This document shows positions 22,501 through 24,423 of a stretch of 24,423 bases of DNA, in pieces. The translations under genes were made by a program, and so were the position numbers. Origin of the DNA: an uncultured Pseudomonadales bacterium (lineage in GTDB: Bacteria; Patescibacteriota; Microgenomatia; UBA1400; UBA12108); the NCBI GenBank assembly GCA_964493295.1, contig CAZBML010000001.1:4078-28500 (forward strand), read 5' to 3'. Each line of letters begins with the position of its first letter. Positions within the stretch are counted from its first letter, which is position 1. The notes under the pieces are model-generated. The model was not told where the DNA came from and searched no databases. It worked only from the letters and a program-made list of their open reading frames with translations.

Positions 22501-24423
22501 TTGGCCATTTAACGTGCCAGAAGTGAGGGCGGCGCTAGTCGTGAGATTGGTGTGATTGGTCGTGAGGGTAATGACTGTGGCGGTGAGCGAGAGGATCATG
22601 TATGTGCCGTTGTTGCTAGAAAACCCAGAGGCCACGATATTGGCGCCGATCACAAAGCCGTCAGTGATAAAAGAGCCCGAGCTAGCCGTGATGGTGCGAC
22701 CAGCCTGGTTGAACGTAATGGTTCTGCCACCCGCGGCTGTGGCGGTTGCCACATAACCGTTGGTGTAGGCAACGACAGTGTTGGTCGGCGAGTAGAAAAT
22801 GCGCGAACTACTATCCCGCGTAAAGCCAGGAGTAGTCCCGCGGAAAATTGTATAGGCTATGGTAGTGGAGGTGGGGTCGCGGCGCACCCAGTTGAGAGTG
22901 ACAGCGCGGGGACCGGAGTTGATCGCCGAGAAAGCTTGGGGGAACCATTTACTGCCGAGGAAAGGAGTTGCGGAGTAGGTGCGCGACTCGTAGTAGTGAG
23001 TCCGGTCGGTCCAGTCGCGGAAAGCTCTAGTTTTGATGTAATATTTAGTATCGTCAACGAGCTTGGCGCCGAGCGTGGGGTTGTTGCCGAGGCGATAAGC
23101 CGAGGCCACGTTTTTGTAGCCATTGAACATGTCCTCGGACCAAGTGATATTGGAGATGGTGTTGCCGCTACTGACGCCGAGGAAAAAAGGGGCGAGGCCG
23201 TAGCTTTCCATACCAGTGATCGTGTTGTTGTTGAACAAGGTAGTTAAACTAAGAGCCGCTTGGAAGTTTTTGCTAATATTTAAACCGTAAAAGCGAATAT
23301 TCGTCCAAGTAGAGCCCTCGGTGTTGGTGACGTAGAGAGCGGCACCTGGGGCGGCGACCGTCGAGCCGGTTTGGTTGGCGTGGAGCGCTAGGGGCTGGCC
23401 GACCGCGACGTTTAGATCCGAGATCGTGGCGTCGTTGATGTAGCTCCAGGCATTGGTCGAGGAGTTGCCGTAGCGAGTGTCGCGAGTAAACCAGCCATTA
23501 CTCCCGATCGTGGCCGAGGCCGTGTAGTACCTACGCACCGGTTCGAGGGCAAAGCCAACACTCGAGATGGTGAGGCCATAACACTCGGTGATCACGGGCG
23601 GGAGAGAGAAAGCGCAGTTGGTGAGGGAGACACTTTCGGCTTGGGTAAAGGTGTTGTACGACTCGTCGAATAAACAGATACTGGCAGTGAGCGAGCCACC
23701 GGCCGTCATGACCATGTTGGCTCCCACAAGGCGAGAAGATGTCTGGATATTGGCGGGCACCGCAGAAGTAAACATGATGTTGGGACAGCGGACTTTGGCA
23801 CCTGTTGGGACTTTGTTGCCGTTGACCCCGTCGCCAAACTGAACAGTGTTGGTTAGTTGGGAGACGTAGGGGTTGAAACAAGTGAGGGAGACATCGGTCG
23901 GGGTACCGGTCCTGACTGTCCAGGTAGCGCCAGAATCGGTTGAAGTCATGGCATAACTGCGCAAGTTACCAGAGCTTGAAACTGCTACGAGGGTGGTGCC
24001 ATTGGCGACTACGCTAGTCCAGCTCCCGATCTGAGTACCAGTCAAAGTGGTGGTCGTCCAACTGGCACCGTTCGTAGATCTAGCCGTTTGGGTCGAGTTG
24101 GTCGTAGAGACTACCACAAAGTTGGTGCCGTCCCAGGCTACGCCACGACTAGTCGAGTTGGGGAGGGCGCCACCGGCACTAAAGGCACCGGTTGTGGGAT
24201 CCGCTTTGCTTTGATTACCGGTAGAGGAGCCAGAGATCGCCATCCAGATACTCCCGTTGTAAATGAGTGCCATGTAGGTGGCGCTAGTTAAAGTGGCTCC
24301 CGCTGTCCAGGTGCCAGCGCCATCGGCGTCGTAGTTGCTGGCAGTACCGGTCCCGACCGCGACGTAGCGAGAGCCTCCGTAGGCCACGGCATTCCAGATC
24401 TGCGAAGTGGCCATGGTGGCGGC
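19576..24423 (-). CDS. Giant modular protein B (paralog of A; propeller-like repeats, beta-helix, FN3-like and CBM-like inserts), 5' truncated
   Basis: Frame is open to the window edge (gcc gcc acc atg). Contains WNAVAYGGSRYVAVG/WTSVVANGTTLVAVSS repeats, FN3-like VTLNW...YTIFRG...TTYYYR and NYLTQSDDF...W. Its stop overlaps the kinase start (ATGA). Confidence 0.88.
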   Translation of the reverse strand, partial: AATMATSQIWNAVAYGGSRYVAVGTGTASNYDADGAGTWTAGATLTSATYMALIYNGSIWMAISGSSTGNQSKADPTTGAFSAGGALPNSTSRGVAWDGTNFVVVSTTNSTQTARSTNGASWTTTTLTGTQIGSWTSVVANGTTLVAVSSSGNLRSYAMTSTDSGATWTVRTGTPTDVSLTCFNPYVSQLTNTVQFGDGVNGNKVPTGAKVRCPNIMFTSAVPANIQTSSRLVGANMVMTAGGSLTASICLFDESYNTFTQAESVSLTNCAFSLPPVITECYGLTISSVGFALEPVRRYYTASATIGSNGWFTRDTRYGNSSTNAWSYINDATISDLNVAVGQPLALHANQTGSTVAAPGAALYVTNTEGSTWTNIRFYGLNISKNFQAALSLTTLFNNNTITGMESYGLAPFFLGVSSGNTISNITWSEDMFNGYKNVASAYRLGNNPTLGAKLVDDTKYYIKTRAFRDWTDRTHYYESRTYSATPFLGSKWFPQAFSAINSGPRAVTLNWVRRDPTSTTIAYTIFRGTTPGFTRDSSSRIFYSPTNTVVAYTNGYVATATAAGGRTITFNQAGRTITASSGSFITDGFVIGANIVASGFSSNNGTYMILSLTATVITLTTNHTNLTTSAALTSGTLNGQAPSNDTTYYYRLLKCDSALSGITNAAGTAGGTTLTIPSGSFNTGLGTIANCKGTSGENKIRIPEGSAANFLSGNVTPGLQIAGTGVGASATVVSIDTPWQITVSAVNTSTFVSQTLTLGACAGMCVYGPGIAWPTTVVSVDSATSITVDTPFLATFSGQTITFMHGTESPEVEVPVVALPTPAFNYLTQSDDFTHANWVKTNLTPTAAARVAPLDIAFSSNAAPTGLADRLLSVGPGSKAVQTLANLKTSTAYTFSVYVMTDPYPHQTTVSGEIAVNTTSPVTQSFTATGKWQRISLNFTSTSTTHTFTIQLNTQGAYIYAATAMVNLGSTALAPVTNTTTKLATGSGGRTLTFATASTVNTITASSGSFTTDGFVANDVIVVSGTTSNDGTYLVTNVATTVLTITPAQPFTAEGPISTGIIFGASLAQGSHELTAAYAWGRSTGGNDHNQGIELTLAATPTGTHYTEIYLGTTSGFTPSDTNRVGYAVMPGSIAPISLSNSSSNRITSVSQAGAGGLSGAYLTLTGSSNNSFFDHSVNFTYAGHTASLINVQNLSNDNVFDDFTVKSWRNYIATWTPFTFANNASGVTLSNINFDNYDWPIYTSATNSALGVIMKGVSGANSEPLTTATTYAIGTTTDGMGVAFTTIYDTMFHELYTSPNTGELSLRFNASSSDTPPYEIISGSPAFSNSGRLYMRTAGDSIEITWPYKIFGVSGFRDKTMKKSGLDLGSNTDILESLLVEYSLDKGSGYSAYQTATPANLAAESVNTTDGFYLKLKLTARPGMLYTSQSSSFVVGETILGQTSGATAVVDEDYDLGTTGTIILSNVTGTFFPGEIIRDSGNTTTRATNVATNTQFALFPSFNSYIDGLEIYTQTVGPGDYAGQTVSIVLTNVVSGSTYYVYNLASSTLLGSGIASSNTVTISNVPYVADYNIMIRIRKASASPKYIPFETQATVNSSGVAVYVSQSPDQIAL

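Noticed and set aside
11890-24291. Numerous 60-230 aa ORFs antisense or out of frame within the large genes
   Set aside because: These are shadow ORFs expected from the codon bias of long GC-rich genes and show no family motifs.
14045-24423. Prophage call based on phage-like modules
   Set aside because: No integrase, terminase, capsid, portal or lysis genes are present; the neighbours are a two-component system and a regulator. It cannot be excluded beyond the right edge.

Overview
Bacterial chromosomal window in the standard genetic code (TGA is a stop, e.g. at the end of leuS). Gene content and style suggest a Patescibacteria/CPR, Microgenomates-like genome (inference only): a SIMPL gene, a four-helix-bundle gene, a split ComEC, a stand-alone TrpR/YerC-like gene, and -10 boxes directly before start codons. 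The left 14 kb holds SIMPL (5' truncated), a four-helix-bundle gene, small hypotheticals, leuS, comEA-comEC-MBL hydrolase, a PrsW protease, a RibD-C/DHFR-like gene, an 846-aa SH3-tailed membrane protein, tatA and a TrpR-like regulator. The right 10 kb holds two convergent giant paralogous Thr/Ser/Gly-rich proteins (1167 aa, and >1612 aa 5' truncated) around a Cache-type histidine kinase and a receiver-only regulator. The main leads are: (1) the giant paralog pair, whose backbone carries nested and relocated domain modules; (2) a dispersed 7-nt/8-nt repeat family that brackets the four-helix-bundle gene and is translated in frame inside leuS, comEA and prsW, with one 16-aa motif shared by LeuRS and ComEA; (3) a LeuRS whose CP1 editing motif TTRPDT reads SAYPIW; (4) a perfect 32-bp palindrome upstream of the TrpR-like gene, with a second copy nearby and an orphan copy 5 kb away; (5) two 110-120 nt intergenic multibranch structures. 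I saw no tRNA, rRNA, CRISPR array, integrase or transposase. All family calls come from motif recognition by eye, not from database searches.
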